64,000 nucleotides of DNA from the human T2T-CHM13v2.0 reference genome, Homo sapiens, in assembly GCF_009914755.1 (NCBI RefSeq), contig NC_060937.1, one strand, 5' to 3'. How positions within the stretch are numbered: position 1 is the stretch's first letter; each line of letters starts with the position of its first letter. Made by a program: the position numbers and the translations under genes. The notes below the pieces were generated by a model, which was not told the DNA's origin, did no database searches, and worked only from the letters and a program-made list of their open reading frames with translations. Positions 41,941 through 55,520 of this stretch are shown piece by piece.

Positions 41941-42220
41941 CAGGGGAGGTGACGGAGACAACGGAGAGCCAAAGAAGGCCAGACCCCATACTTGGCTGTT
42001 GCATTGCGATGCCTCCATCGACACGTGATGACGCGCAGCGGCGACACAGTCTCACAGCGGAAATGTCACAGTGCCCCCAGGGGAGCTGATGGAGACAACA
42101 GAGAGCTGAAGAAGGCCGGATCCGATACTTGGCTGTTGCATTGCGATGCCTCCATCGACACGTGATGACGCGCAGCGGCGACACAGCCTCACAACGGAAA
42201 TGTCACAATGGAGGGGAGGT
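41941..42220. repeat. Two-copy 137-bp tandem duplication, CpG-rich
   Basis: Copies start at 41941 and 42078; shared core ttggctgttgcattgcgatgcctccatcgacacgtgatgacgcgcagcggcgacacag is identical. Confidence 0.95.
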
Positions 42221-43744
42221 TGTTGAGGGGCTGGGGCTCCCTGGGAATCTGTTCAGAGAGGGGTGTGGTAATTTTGTGGGCCTTTTAAAATCTTGTTTTG
42301 GAAAGCTAGCTTCATGGGGATTTATTTCCCCAGCTAAAACATTAGGTCCCTGAAGTCAACATTTCATTTGTAGGGTTGCTAATTTTACAACCTTCTTTGG
42401 ATGCTGTTGAAGTATCACCTGTTGGCCCTGGCACATGGCTTTGTGTGGGAGTTCAGCTGGTAGCATTCCTTCTTTTCTACACAAGGAAAAGCAAGAATGA
42501 TCTTTATCATGACTATAGGTTTCACTATTCCTCGTCTAAGCAGAGGCGGATGTGACATTCCAGATGGGTGCTAATTTGAACATCAGGAACATGGGTTTCA
42601 CAGAGAAGAATTCCTGGCGGCATCTGAGGAGCTCTCAAATTCCTCTGCCCTTTTCAAAAATCCCCTCAAAGGACTGTCACAGTAGCTTGTGTGTCACCAA
42701 AACAAACTAACTCCTTTAGATTGAGGTTCATAACTCTGTGTGACTTGGGCAAAAAGGCTAATAACAGATCCTTTAAAGAGGGCAGCAGTGCCTGACGGTA
42801 AAGACCTTTGTTAGGGTGACTGGTCCGAGGCTGCAGGTGTCATTGAGGTGTCTCTGATAACTTTTAGATGAAGCTATGACCCTGGGCCACACCGTGTGGA
42901 TTGTTGGTGACTTGTCACATTGATAACACTGTCTTTATATTATGTATAGTCTTTACTTCTACCTACCATTTATGCCAGGTCATGTAACAGCCAATGATTG
43001 AGGTTTTTCCTTATACAACTTTTTGTTTTCCCTGGAGTTAATAATTGTTTCATTCAATTTGCTTAAGTTCCTGCATATTTTTTACGAATTCATCCTTAAA
43101 TTCTTGGAATTTAAATACAAAATATTAGATCAACTCGCCCTCTCATCCCTTCTCGGCGATGCCACCGCGTCCTCCTGGACTGATGCTGCCTCTTCTGGAC
43201 CGGCCCTGTCACTGCGGACGCCCCTTCCTGGAGCATCCTGGGATGGCTGAGCCACTCCATGCCCTCGACCTCATTTCCTTGATCTACCTTTGTTCGGGCA
43301 ATGGGACTGAGGCTGTAGTTGTCACTGGAAGCGTGTCTGATAACTTTTAGATAAAACCAAGCAGACCCCGTCTCGCCCACTCATAGTTTTGCCTGCCTTT
43401 TGGTGAATTAGAGACTTCACTAACTTTCTGAAGAAGGCGTGTGTGGAAAATGGCAATTTAAATCATGATCTTACTTCCTACTTTCATGCTGAATTGGGGG
43501 GTTTGGTTGGGGATAGACAGTTAAATCTGGAATAGTTCCCCTCAGGTTTTGAAGGTGTGGTCCTCATTGTTGAGGCTCCAGGGTGGGGCGATGTCACGCC
43601 ATTGTGACTCCTGGTCCTTTGTGATGGACTCTTCCTCTCCCCACTTCCCTTGGAAGCTTTTGAAAAGGGTTTTCTTTTGCTCTCAGTACCTAGAAGCTGT
43701 AAAACTCTGGTCTTTCTTATTTCTATTATTTATATGTGGGTGAA

Positions 43745-44020
43745 CCTTTGCAGCCTAGGCACTCACATTCTTCAGTCTGGAAAATTTTCCTGAATTCTTC
43801 TATAAATTCCTCATCGACATTTTCTTTATTCCTTCTCTCTGAAACTTGTACTAATCAAATAGTATCTCTCTTGTATAGATCATTTAATGTTTAAAATTTT
43901 ATCTCTGTTTTGCATCTTGTTGACTTTTGCTCTAATTTCTGTATAATAGGATAATAATTTTTCTATTAAAATTTTAATTTCAGTCATATATTTTTAATTT
44001 CAGTTATCTTATTTCTAAGA
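43745..44020 (-). mobile_element. Old L1M fragment
   Basis: T-rich degenerate sequence (ttcagtctggaaaattttcctgaatt...attttaatttcagtcatatatttttaatttc) typical of antisense L1M. Confidence 0.5.
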
Positions 44021-44025
44021 ACTCA

Positions 44026-45116
<1,091 letters not shown>

Positions 45117-47136
45117 TTTTTTTTTTTTAATGTAACTTTTGGGTATTCTTGTTACCAAGGTGCAGCATCTTCTCTTTTCTCTGACATTATTAATGTTTCA
45201 TTATTTTAAAATTTGCTTAAATTTTTTCTGATCTCTGCCTAGGTTTCTTTCTGCTGTTTATTCTTTTTGTTTGTTTGTTTGTTTTGGCCTCTTTCTTACT
45301 AGCAATGTTTCCTCAAATTCCTGGTGCCTTTTGACTGCCAGGCATGTTTAAGGGTGAGAGGCACCAAATGGCAGTGCTGGGGGGCTCCAAAAGCTCGTGA
45401 GAACTGACTGCTGGGTTTCCAGGACTTTTATGAGCCCCTCGTTGTACACAGTTATTATTAAAATTTTCTAAATGCACACTTAACTGATATGAAAAACAAA
45501 GGCAACACATTCTTAAAACTTATGCTAGTGTGTGTGCTACACCTTACTGCTGTTCATGCTCCTGGGGTGATTAGATGTGTTATGTGGCACCTCTGCTGCA
45601 TGCATAACGGCATGCTCTTGCACTCCTCCCCTCCCCTCCCCTCCCCTTCCCTGCCCTCCCCTTCCCTCTCCTTTCCTCTCCTTGGCATTTAAGAATGTCA
45701 CAATGCTGGCTTGAAATCAACCACTCTGGAAGTATTTGCACCCTGGAAATTGTCACACACTGTCCCATAGGGCTCTCTTGACCCTCTGTCCCCCATTGCA
45801 GAAACATTTACTAGAACAAAGCCTCGGTAACCCTCTTCTTTCAATGAGAACTGGCACTCACTTATCAATAAGAATCATTTCAAGTTGTTTTCCGAATGTA
45901 GAAATGGATTTGCATGGATCAATCCCATGACCTCAGCCTCAGCCACTGTTCCAGAACCCGAAAAGAGACACTCCCTCTTCATCAAACTTTCTCACCAAGA
46001 AGGCAGCAATTCTCTCCCTCACTGAAACTCACTTTCCTCCAGTGTTAGGTCTAAACAAAGGCCAAACTGTGGGCTAATGGTCCTTCTGCATTTCACAAAA
46101 TGATTGTATAAAACTATTCATGTTACAATTTTGAAATGACTACTTACCAAAGAAGAAGGCTATTTCAATTGAGCTTTGACTTCTCAGAGGAAATGTTGGG
46201 TTTTAGTTCTTCGGTGTGCACAAGAAACTATAGTTTCTGTAGACTGTCTTTTAATTTCTTCTATTCTTTTATTTGGAAATATTTATAATAGTAGTTGACA
46301 GCATACCCTGTAAAAAAGTGTTTAATATTTGTTATACAAGGAACTATAGCTATACATACCCACTGCAAGATGACATTTTAAAGCATTCAGATGGAATCTA
46401 TAGTTAAGACACAAGACATTTTTTTATTATATTTTGATTTTCTTAAAAAGTTAAAAATTAAATCATATACATATATCAACTATAACAAAACTATATTTTC
46501 TACGCTCAATATTTTAGTCTGAAAATTATGACATTGTGAATAGGAAAAAATATAAACAGCCAGAATAAGACAATCATGAAGAAATGAGATAACAGTCTTC
46601 AGATGAAACAATTAAATATGAATTATGACATAATTATAGACGCCCCGATGGGTAAAGAAGAAAGCTACTGATGATATAATAGTGTTGTCTGAAATGTCAA
46701 CTGCTGTTTAGGCTAAAAATACATTTATTCCATTGCAAATTCTTCTATTTTGTTGTTTTTAAACTTTCTCAAAATGTTCCTTTAGACGGGAGATTCTATG
46801 CTTCAATTAGGTCAAAAGTAATAATATTGAAAAAAGTTTAATCAAAGTTCCAGTGGATTTTTACACCAGAAGGCATTCCCTTCAGTGCCCTGCTTCTAGA
46901 CATGGAGACGAAGAATTCCTTACATGTTAGTTAATTTGACCATCATATCAAAATATCAACAGAATAAAATTCCAAATCCTCAGTAATGCATTTTTAAGTG
47001 GTAGGTATAAAAATTATTTCAAAATTGAAAACATCGAGTAGACTGTATCAACCTGTACAGGACTAGCTCAACTATTTAGGTTTTAACTTTTTGTGTTTTT
47101 TTAAATTCCCATTCATTCAGTAGTAAATACCATTAC

Positions 47137-47515
47137 TCTACTAGTCTGTTCTCATATTGTTGTAAAGAACTACCTGAAACTGGGTAATTTTTAAAGAAAA
47201 GAGGTTTAATTGACTCATAGTTCCATAGATGAACAGGAAGCATGGCTGGGGAGGCCTCAGAAAACTTACAATCATGGCAGAAGGCAAAGGGGAGGCAGGT
47301 GCATATTCCACATGGCCAGAGCAGGAGGAAGAGAGTGAAGGGGGAAGTGCTACACACTGTGAAACAACCAGATCTCGTGAGAACTCACTATCACCAGAAC
47401 AGGAAGAGGAAACCTACGTCCATGATCCAATCACCTCTCACCAGGTCCCTCCTCTAACATTGGGATTATAATTCGAGATGAGATTTGAGTGGCGACACAA
47501 ATCCAAACCATATCA
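47137..47515 (-). mobile_element. MST (MaLR) solo LTR
   Basis: tagtctgttctcatattg...aagaaaagaggtttaattgactca...caaaccatatca; 5-bp TSD attac at 47132-47136 and 47516-47520. Confidence 0.95.
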
Positions 47516-48904
47516 ATTACCCAGGCAATGAAATCACAAATTTAGATGGAAAGCTTAGTTTCTGAAATTATGTAGCTGGAAGCTGAGGGAAGAATCTGGA
47601 ATGCACGCACATAAACATATACACATACATATATTAACATATATATACAATGTATATATACAGAGATAAACATTAGCAGAGATAAACATACGGAAGTATG
47701 CATATACACAAACATGCATAGAAGCACACCCACAGTCATATAGAGACTGCAGAGCAGTCAGCTCGGTGCGCCTCATAGCTGTGCCACCACACATGTTTTA
47801 TTACAGCAACTTTGGCCTCCAACACACAACAACACAATTAGTTTTGCACCCTCACAAGGCAATGCTTTGATTAAAATCTGGCATATCACATTATTATAAG
47901 GTATTATCTGCATAGATGTTGCTGCTAGAATTCTTGTGAATGGTCCCGTTAATAAATATGCCTAACAACTGTGCCCTTTGCTAACTTCAAAAGATGAAGG
48001 GTAAAAATGTATACAACGGCTGATTCTGGGTCTTTCACTTGTAAACGTACATGATCCCTTTTTAAAATAAAACTTATTTTCTTATATTAAATGTAATTCT
48101 GGTTATGTTACAAATGAAGTATAGCTTGGCAGGAGCACTCCTCAGTGATGGCGGACACAGCTGCAGCATCCAGCTAGAGTAAAGGTCTGTTTCTCTTTCT
48201 GTGATTGTCACTCTGCAGTGCTGAGATCCTCACTTTGGTGTCCTGGTTTCTTCTTAGAGCGTTATGGAATGAGCGCATTCCAGGAGACGTCTTCCCATGT
48301 CACTAAAGCTCTCGGTCAACCATGTTTCAGTGACTGGAGAACTTTCTGGATGTCGTTGCAGTGGAATTCCCTTATCCCAGCTTTATGACTGGGCACTCAG
48401 TCGCTTAACGTGGTTTGTGGTACTATAATCATCTTACAGCGAACCTCTTTGAATCAAGGATTATTTTCTAAGAGTGGATCTTCAGAAGTGAAGCTGCTGT
48501 GACAGGAGATATGAGCACGTTCAAGGCTCCTAACACTTTACCAAGTTGCTTTCCCGAACAGCGAAGTCTGGGGGGTGCCTCGGTTGGCCCTGTGTGCGTG
48601 TGCTCTTCCTGCACTTGCGGGACTCCAGCTGCCTCAGCCCCAGCGTTCGCATGCAAGGGCCGGCCTCGGTTTCTCCTGACCCAGGTTTGTTCGTGGGTGA
48701 GGTGTCAGGAGGGCACTTTCCTATGTTAGAGTGATAGTACCTCTTTCAAGCCCCCAGAGAGCTAGGTGCGATTTTTCTCAGCCTGCTGCCCTCTGTGCCC
48801 AGTGAAAGCTGGGGCTCCCCTGGGTGCTTACTTTCTTGTATCATGTCTGGTTTTCAACTCATGCTCCTACTACATTTGTTCAGTTTTTGGATTTTTTTCC
48901 CTAT

Positions 48905-49385
48905 TGATATGGTTTGGCTCAGCGTCCTCACCCAAATCTCAACTGGAATTGTAATCCCCAATGTTGGAGGAGGGGCTTGGTGGGAGCTGACTGGCTCATG
49001 AGGGCAGATTTCCTCCTTGCTATTCTTGTGATAGTAGACTGTATCAGCCTGTACAGGACTAGTGCAGGTTCTCCTGTGCGGGACTAGTGCAGGTTCTCCT
49101 GTGCGGGACTAGTGCAGGTTCTCCTGTACTAGTGAGTGAGTTCTCCGGAGATCTGCTTGTTTACAAGTGTGTGGCACCTCCCCCTTTGCTCTCTTCCTCC
49201 TGCTCTGGCCATGTAAGATGCAGCTGCTTCCCCTTCACCTTCTACCATGATTGTAAATTTCCTGAGGCCTCTCAGTCATACTTCCTGTACAGGCTGTGGA
49301 ACTGTGAGTCAATTAAACCTCTTTTCATTATAAATTGCCCAGTCTCAGGTAGTTCTTCATAGCAATGTGAAAACAGGTGAATACA
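48905..49385 (+). mobile_element. MST (MaLR) solo LTR carrying a ~98-bp insertion
   Basis: tgatatggtttggctc...aactgtgagtcaattaaacctctttt...aataca; 5-bp TSD cctat at 48900-48904 and 49386-49390. Confidence 0.95.
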
Positions 49386-49974
49386 CCTATCATTCAGCCT
49401 TTATTCCATCGCAAATTGACCCAGCTATGAAACTCAAGCCCCCCTTTGACTTCCTAAAAACAAACAAACAAAACAAAACACACCCAGTCATCCCCTCTTA
49501 GTAAGAGCAGAGCAGACCGGAGGTCTCAAGTGGCTCTGGGGCTGGCTGAGCGGGACCTACCCTGAAGCCAGGTACTGCTCCTGGAAGAGCTCAGGGTGGC
49601 CCTCAGCTCCCATGGGTTCTCATCTCAGTCCTCCTTCCCTGGAAGCCTCTCCTCCTGGGGCCCTCCATAGACTCTGATTTCCTCTCACTCCTATTCCACA
49701 GGGCTTTAGCATGTTCTGCTTTGGTTTCATTGTTTCATAAAATAAATAGTAGGCCTTGGGGGAGGGTTTTTTAAGCACGATGTAGGCAGATGCTGAGGCA
49801 GAGTGTGGTGCGGGGAGTATGGTTGGGGAACCAAGGCTGCTGAAGGCATGGAGGCTCTAGCTCTCCTGCCCTGGGCTTGGAAGTGAGCATAACACCTTGT
49901 CAAGGACCAGGCAACCTGGTGAAGGCAGAGGGAGGATTCACAAAAGCATCGAGATTGAGTGCCATGGGGTCTCA

Positions 49975-50245
49975 GGACTGTGGTCCTGTCTACACTGGAC
50001 GATGGGACTCTGGGCCTCCAGAAGGCGGTGACTGCAGTCCTGTCTACACTGGACGATGGGACTCTGGGCCTCCAGAAGGCGGTGACTGCAGTCCTGTCTA
50101 CACTGGATGTTGGGACTCTGGGCCTCTGGAAGGCTGTGACTTCAATCCTGTCTACACTGGATGATGGGACTTTGGGCTTCCGGAGGGCTGTGTCTGTGGT
50201 CCTGTCTACACTGGACCATGGGCCTCTGGGCCTCTGGAAGGCAGT
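49975..50245. repeat. Minisatellite, 54-bp unit, about 5 copies
   Basis: gtcctgtctacactggacgatgggactctgggcctccagaaggcggtgactgca repeated; 18-aa periodicity in the ORF track. Confidence 0.95.
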
Positions 50246-51879
50246 GTTGGGTCCTGGTTGTGATGCATGGGCTGAGCAGATCCCATTGCCTTGCAATGTC
50301 TCTGCATTTTGTGTGACATTAGCTGAGGTGTTCAGTGGGGTTAGGATGCAGGGGACAGCACACTCCACAGGAGCACCGCTCATAATGGTTTATGATGATG
50401 GAGCTGGCTGCTTTTTATGTAATTACAGTCCTCACTTATTCATTATTTTTGACTTAGCTAGATCTATACTTCAAATAGATGTGGGACGTAATATGTGAAT
50501 ATTGTGTATGTATAATGTGTGCGTGTGTATCCACCCACATTCAATACCTGTGCAGATAATACCTTATAATAATGTGGTATACCAGATTTTAATCAAAGCA
50601 TCCCTTTGTCAGGGTGCAAAACTAATTGTGTTGTTGTGTGTTGGAGGTCAAAGTTGCTATAATAAAACATCCATCTTGGAGCTTTTTAGAGGAACCTGTT
50701 TAAAAAGGTTAAAGTGGGTAATTATCACATCCTAATTTACAACTACTTGGCAATAAGAGTTGCTTTTCAACGAACCATTCGTTCATGATTCTCTGCTCCA
50801 CACTGCAGGGTTCTTCTTGACTAGGTTAGAAAATGTAATTAATAAATGATAGGATTATTTATGGTTCACGGTGCCAGACTGGGAAATACAATGATATACA
50901 GAATGAGCTAAAAATGATTCTCAAAAGCAGCCTAGCCGTCTTTAATCCATGGATTGAATCATCATCGCCCTCAAGGAAGCAAAGTGAATTCTGGACGGAA
51001 TTCACAGGACACTGTTTCTGCACCTTCCTCTTTTTAGTTCCAATAGAAAACAGCAACAGTCCTTCCACAGCAGAGTTAACGTGCAGTTGTTCATCCTTGC
51101 CGGGGTGTGCCTGGATGGGTTTTTTAGCAGGGCCATGGGAGCAGGGGCACTCATATGATTGTGTAAAATAGGGATTCTCTCTGAACGATGACGTAAATTA
51201 GGGCTCATAGTAAATCATAGCAAGAAAAGAAACGTGATGAACTTGCCCGGTGTGCCCTCACATTCTCAAGTCAAAACATGTTCAGTCTATGCTGCTGTTT
51301 TTTCTAATAGTGATTTTTTTGCATAAAGACAAATATTAATAATGTCATTTGTTTTCCAAGCCTCTCCTGACACTGCACATAGGAGGCACTTAGTAAACAA
51401 TGGGTATCGTTGAAAATCGAGGCTTGTTTTAGCCAACATCAGAATGCAGAGTGCTGGCCTCTTTCCTCCCCGGGCTGTCTTGAAGGCTGGAAAGCAAGCC
51501 GTGGGGTTTGCATATTTCTGCTTGGCCAATGCTGGGGGTTAGCACCTGCTCCAAGACAAGCACGGCCATGGAAGCTACAGCAGTCACTGTGATTCCAGCT
51601 CATCGAGTTTCTGGCGGGTGCCAGGCACATTGCTGTGGGCTTTCAGTGAGTGGATCCTTACCCTGCCCTGAGAGGTAAACAAGGCAATTCCAAAATCCCA
51701 GGTGAAAAATTCAGTTTTGAAAATGAAGTGATACGTCCGGCCTGTGTGGAACAGGGTAAGCCAGGGCTCAGAACGGGAGGCAGTGATGCCGTCAAAGCTA
51801 GGATAAGATGCATTGTAATGGGCGAGCCAGCCCTGCACTAAGCACTGCTTCATGCGTTTTACAAGGTCATCTGCACAGC

Positions 51880-52355
51880 TACCCCATGGACTCATTTACT
51901 TCTCTCCCTCTCAGTTTCCATATTTGTAAAATCAGGAACTTCATACTGCCTACCTCCCAGGGTGCTTGTGAGGCTTAGCTCAGTCAATAGAGAAAAGCAC
52001 AGGGTGGCGGCGCCTGTGTGCGGCTTGCTCTACTCAGTTTATGTTTGCTGCGTAGCTGTCTCCATTCCTATTTATAGGTGGGAAAACTAAAGCCAGAGAG
52101 CGGCTGTACCACCAGCCACAGGACACACAGTGAGCAACGCGTGGCTCCGTGGCACCACTGCCTTAGCCCACGTGGGGGCCGTCACTGTGCTAAGCCCTGC
52201 TTTTCCTGCATGGCCAAAACTGAACCTTCCCCAGTCCCAGATGAAGCTGCATTTCTGGGAACCAAAGCTTAACTGCGTCTCCCTTTTCACATTTGTAAAT
52301 TGGGGATGATCATAGCATTGACCTATGTGTGTTATTATATGGGTTATTGTGAGGG
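51880..52355. mobile_element. Cluster of MIR fragments in both orientations
   Basis: ctcagtttccatatttgtaaaatcagg...acctcccagggtgcttgtgagg (+); cattcctatttataggtgggaaaactaaagccagagag (-); cacatttgtaaattggggatgatcatag (+). Confidence 0.7.
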
Positions 52356-52357
52356 GA

Positions 52358-52650
52358 GGCATGGGGAGAGGTTGATCAAAGAATACAAAATTTCAGTTAA
52401 AAAGAAAGAACAAGCTTAAGAGGTCTATTGCGTAGTAAATAACAACATATTGTTTTCTTGAAAATTGCTAAGAGAATAGATTTTATCTATGCCGTTTTTA
52501 ATCATAAAAAAGACGAGTATGTGAGGGCATGCACATGCTAATTAGCTCAATTTAGCCATTCCACAATCTATATGTACTTCAAAACTGCATGTTGTACATG
52601 ATAAATACATACAATTTTTATTTTTCAATTAAAAATAAATTTAAATAATA
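52358..52650 (+). mobile_element. L1MA-type 3' end
   Basis: aggttgatcaaagaatacaaaatttcagtta...cttgaaaattgctaagaga...ttagctcaatttagccattccacaat...ataaatacatacaattttta. Confidence 0.9.
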
Positions 52651-55059
52651 AACCTGCACATAGAATTTCAAAACAACAACAACAGCAACATAATGCCCTA
52701 ACTCTATTATAAAAGAGAAATAAAAGGAAGGTAATTTAGCACAGAATAATATGTATTTTCCCATATAAATGCTTGGCGTGGCTCTGCAGAAGGTGTGGTT
52801 GGAATGAGAGGTCAGTGCAACACCAGGCTTTGAGTCAGTTCCCTGTGAGGATCTAGGGGACCCATGGAGGTGCACCTCCCTGTGGACCCAAACACCACAC
52901 AGAATTGCTGCTGATTTTCCTGAGACGGTAAGCAATCCACTGTCGGTTTCGATCAAAGCCAAATGCAATTTCCCCTTACCTCTCCTGGTAGTTTGATTTT
53001 ATGAAAAATTTGGTGCACATTGAAATTAAGAATTCTGCCTAGATCTGCACTTACATGAACGTCTCATAGACTATTTGGAAGTCACGCAAGAATAAGGGCA
53101 GGTCTTGCTCATGTGACTCTGCAGACACTGAGGGACATTTAATATCCTGGGTCCCTATGGCCAAGTGCCAGAGTGAGCCCAGCTGTTGGGACAGTCCAAA
53201 GCAGACCAGCTCATTTTTAAATGCCCCCTAGGGCACGTGCCAGCTTTGCAAGGACCGTCGATCAGGTGTTGTCAACGGCACCGGGATGAGATACTGTAGG
53301 ACTGGAAATTACACAATCTGCTTGGTGCAAATTACATAAGCATTGACAAATGATTTCTTTATTAGGGGTCCAGCCTCGAAGTCTCTTGGTAGTTCTGCTT
53401 GTCAGATGAGGGGTGGTGATTTCCTGTTTCTAAAGGGGCTAAGCCCAGGGCATGGTGACACCCTGGAGGTGCCCTGCCACTGCCTCTTGTAGACAGAGCG
53501 TCAGCAGCTGTTATTATGGAATTTGGGATGTTGGCATATATAGGTTTAGGTTTACTGACCTTAATTTTAAATTGACACTTGCAAAGCCCATTTTTGGTAG
53601 GGACAATTTTCAATACATATACATTTGTCACAGCTATGGTTTGGGTAGGAAGCGGGGATGTGTCCTTCCTGAGTCCCCAACACATAATGTACATCCCTTG
53701 GGCGACGTCCTGATATTTACCATAAACTGTCAAGGTGAGTATGATATCACCTTTTTCTCCCAGTTGAAACTGAAACACAGAAGTTAAATATTTACCAGCT
53801 CAGGGTGAATAAACTCTGAGTTCAGCTCCTGCGTGGTACCAGCCATGTTGCAGCATTTTCTGACTCCTTACTTGTCCTTAACAAACATGACAATATTCTG
53901 CTCTGACAAGGCTAGGAATACAAATGCTTTGTGTGGGAAAAAGTTACACTTTAAATTATTCAGGTAGAAATTATACAGTTGTGAATTGCACATCGATTTC
54001 CATTCCTTTCTGACTTGTCAGTATTTTCACCAAGTTTATTCGTTAGCAACTTTACCCAAATAAGAACAGCAGCTGGAGAAATAAAATTAGAGTAGTTAAT
54101 TACATTATTTTTTTAAGTTCTGGTAAAATGGTTGATGGGTGATGAAGCATGCATTTGATGAAAATGGATGATTGGGATTTGATTTAGCCATACCCTTTCT
54201 GTTCTTTGAGAATTGATGGTTTAGATGCCCTAAGTACTATTTTATGTAATGAAATAACTTGCAGCTTTTTTGACAGACAGAGCAATATTTCTTTACCCCA
54301 AAGTCTATCATTGTGGCTTTTGAGCTTCACTTAATATTTTGAATAATGAAATAGAAGAATCTTTGTTTGGCAGTTTGAGAGCAGAACATCACTGAAAGAT
54401 GAAATTGCTGGAGTTAATCAGGCTGAATAACACTGACATTTGCAAGAGGAGATTGCCAGGGAATTAGGATGGGAAAAATGTTCTTAAAGTCGTACAGAGT
54501 CTTCTGTGAATTTAAGGGGTGAAAAAACTTAAAAGCACAATTAAGTTTTCCAGGAAGCATTTTTCTCCATGGAATAGAATTTCTGCACCTGATTCCAAGC
54601 TCAGTGTGCTTGAAGGCCACTGACAGCCCCGCATCTCAGACGCAAATACCCTGAAGGGGCAGCCTGTGAGTCACTGGTGTCCATGTTTCACTGAATTCTT
54701 CTTTTAGGTGTGGAGGAGTCGCTTCTGTTTCATTTCTGATCTAACACCCTGTTGTTCCTTAGGCTTAAAACCCATCCGGGAAGGCATCTCTATGGTGCCC
54801 CAAACTGACTTCAGCGACGGGCTTGAGCCACATTCCCCCAGCCTCGGCGGGTACTTTGGAGTCTCTGTTTTGATTTGGAGGCTTGTTTTCTGATAGGAGA
54901 TTCAATTCTGTCAATTAAGGTAGAACACCTGCTTTTTCTCTGATTTTTCAGTAGATTTACATTTTGAAAAGCAAAGCAGGTGCTTGAATTTTGTAGCATT
55001 ATAATGAAATGGAAAATTGTCAATGTCACCAAAGTGATTGAAAAATTTCCAAAACGAAG

Positions 55060-55520
55060 TTGAATTCATGAAATGTGATGAGGCCATGAGGCCAAAATCC
55101 CAACATGGCTTTCAAGGAGACGTTCCACCGGGGAGCTTGGGGAGGACTGTGGAGAGACGGCTTCCTCCTGGGGCCCTGCCACCCCAGGACTTCAGCATTC
55201 CAGGAGGGGTTTGAAAAAAAGATGGAGTGCTGGGATACAGTTTCATGTGGTATATTTAATACAGCATTTGTGAATAGCAGATTGTCAGAAACTCTTAGGA
55301 GCGCTATTATATCTGTGATTCTGGAGCCAGGAAGAGACATGGGAAATTGCAGCAATTACAGTCCCATCTCATTGATTAACGCCGATTGCAAAATAGTCAC
55401 GAAAATATTGGCACTGCAGCTTCAGTCTGTTTTACCTAATACTGTTCATGCCAATCAAATGGGGTTTACCAAAGGAAGGCACTAAAACAACAGCCGAGAA
55501 GCATTTATCATCTCGATGTC
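55060..55520 (+). mobile_element. Ancient non-LTR retrotransposon RT fragment (L1/Tx1 clade, non-mammalian-type)
   Basis: ORF 55105-55485 contains IFNTAFVNSRLSETLRSAIISVILEPGRDMGNCSNYSPISLINADCKIVTKILALQLQSVLPNTVHANQMGFTKGR, the N-terminal RT motifs (NYRPISL / D.KI..K.LA / Q.GF..GR) of LINE ORF2. Confidence 0.85.

Noticed and set aside
47137-49385. Intact MST provirus bounded by two LTRs
   Set aside because: The LTRs are in opposite orientation with different TSDs, and the interior is not recognisable MST internal sequence.
54690-54870. Possible exon (acceptor-like ttcttcttttag and gttccttag, donor-like cgggtact)
   Set aside because: Splice-like motifs alone are weak evidence and the translation is not recognisable; transcript data would be needed.
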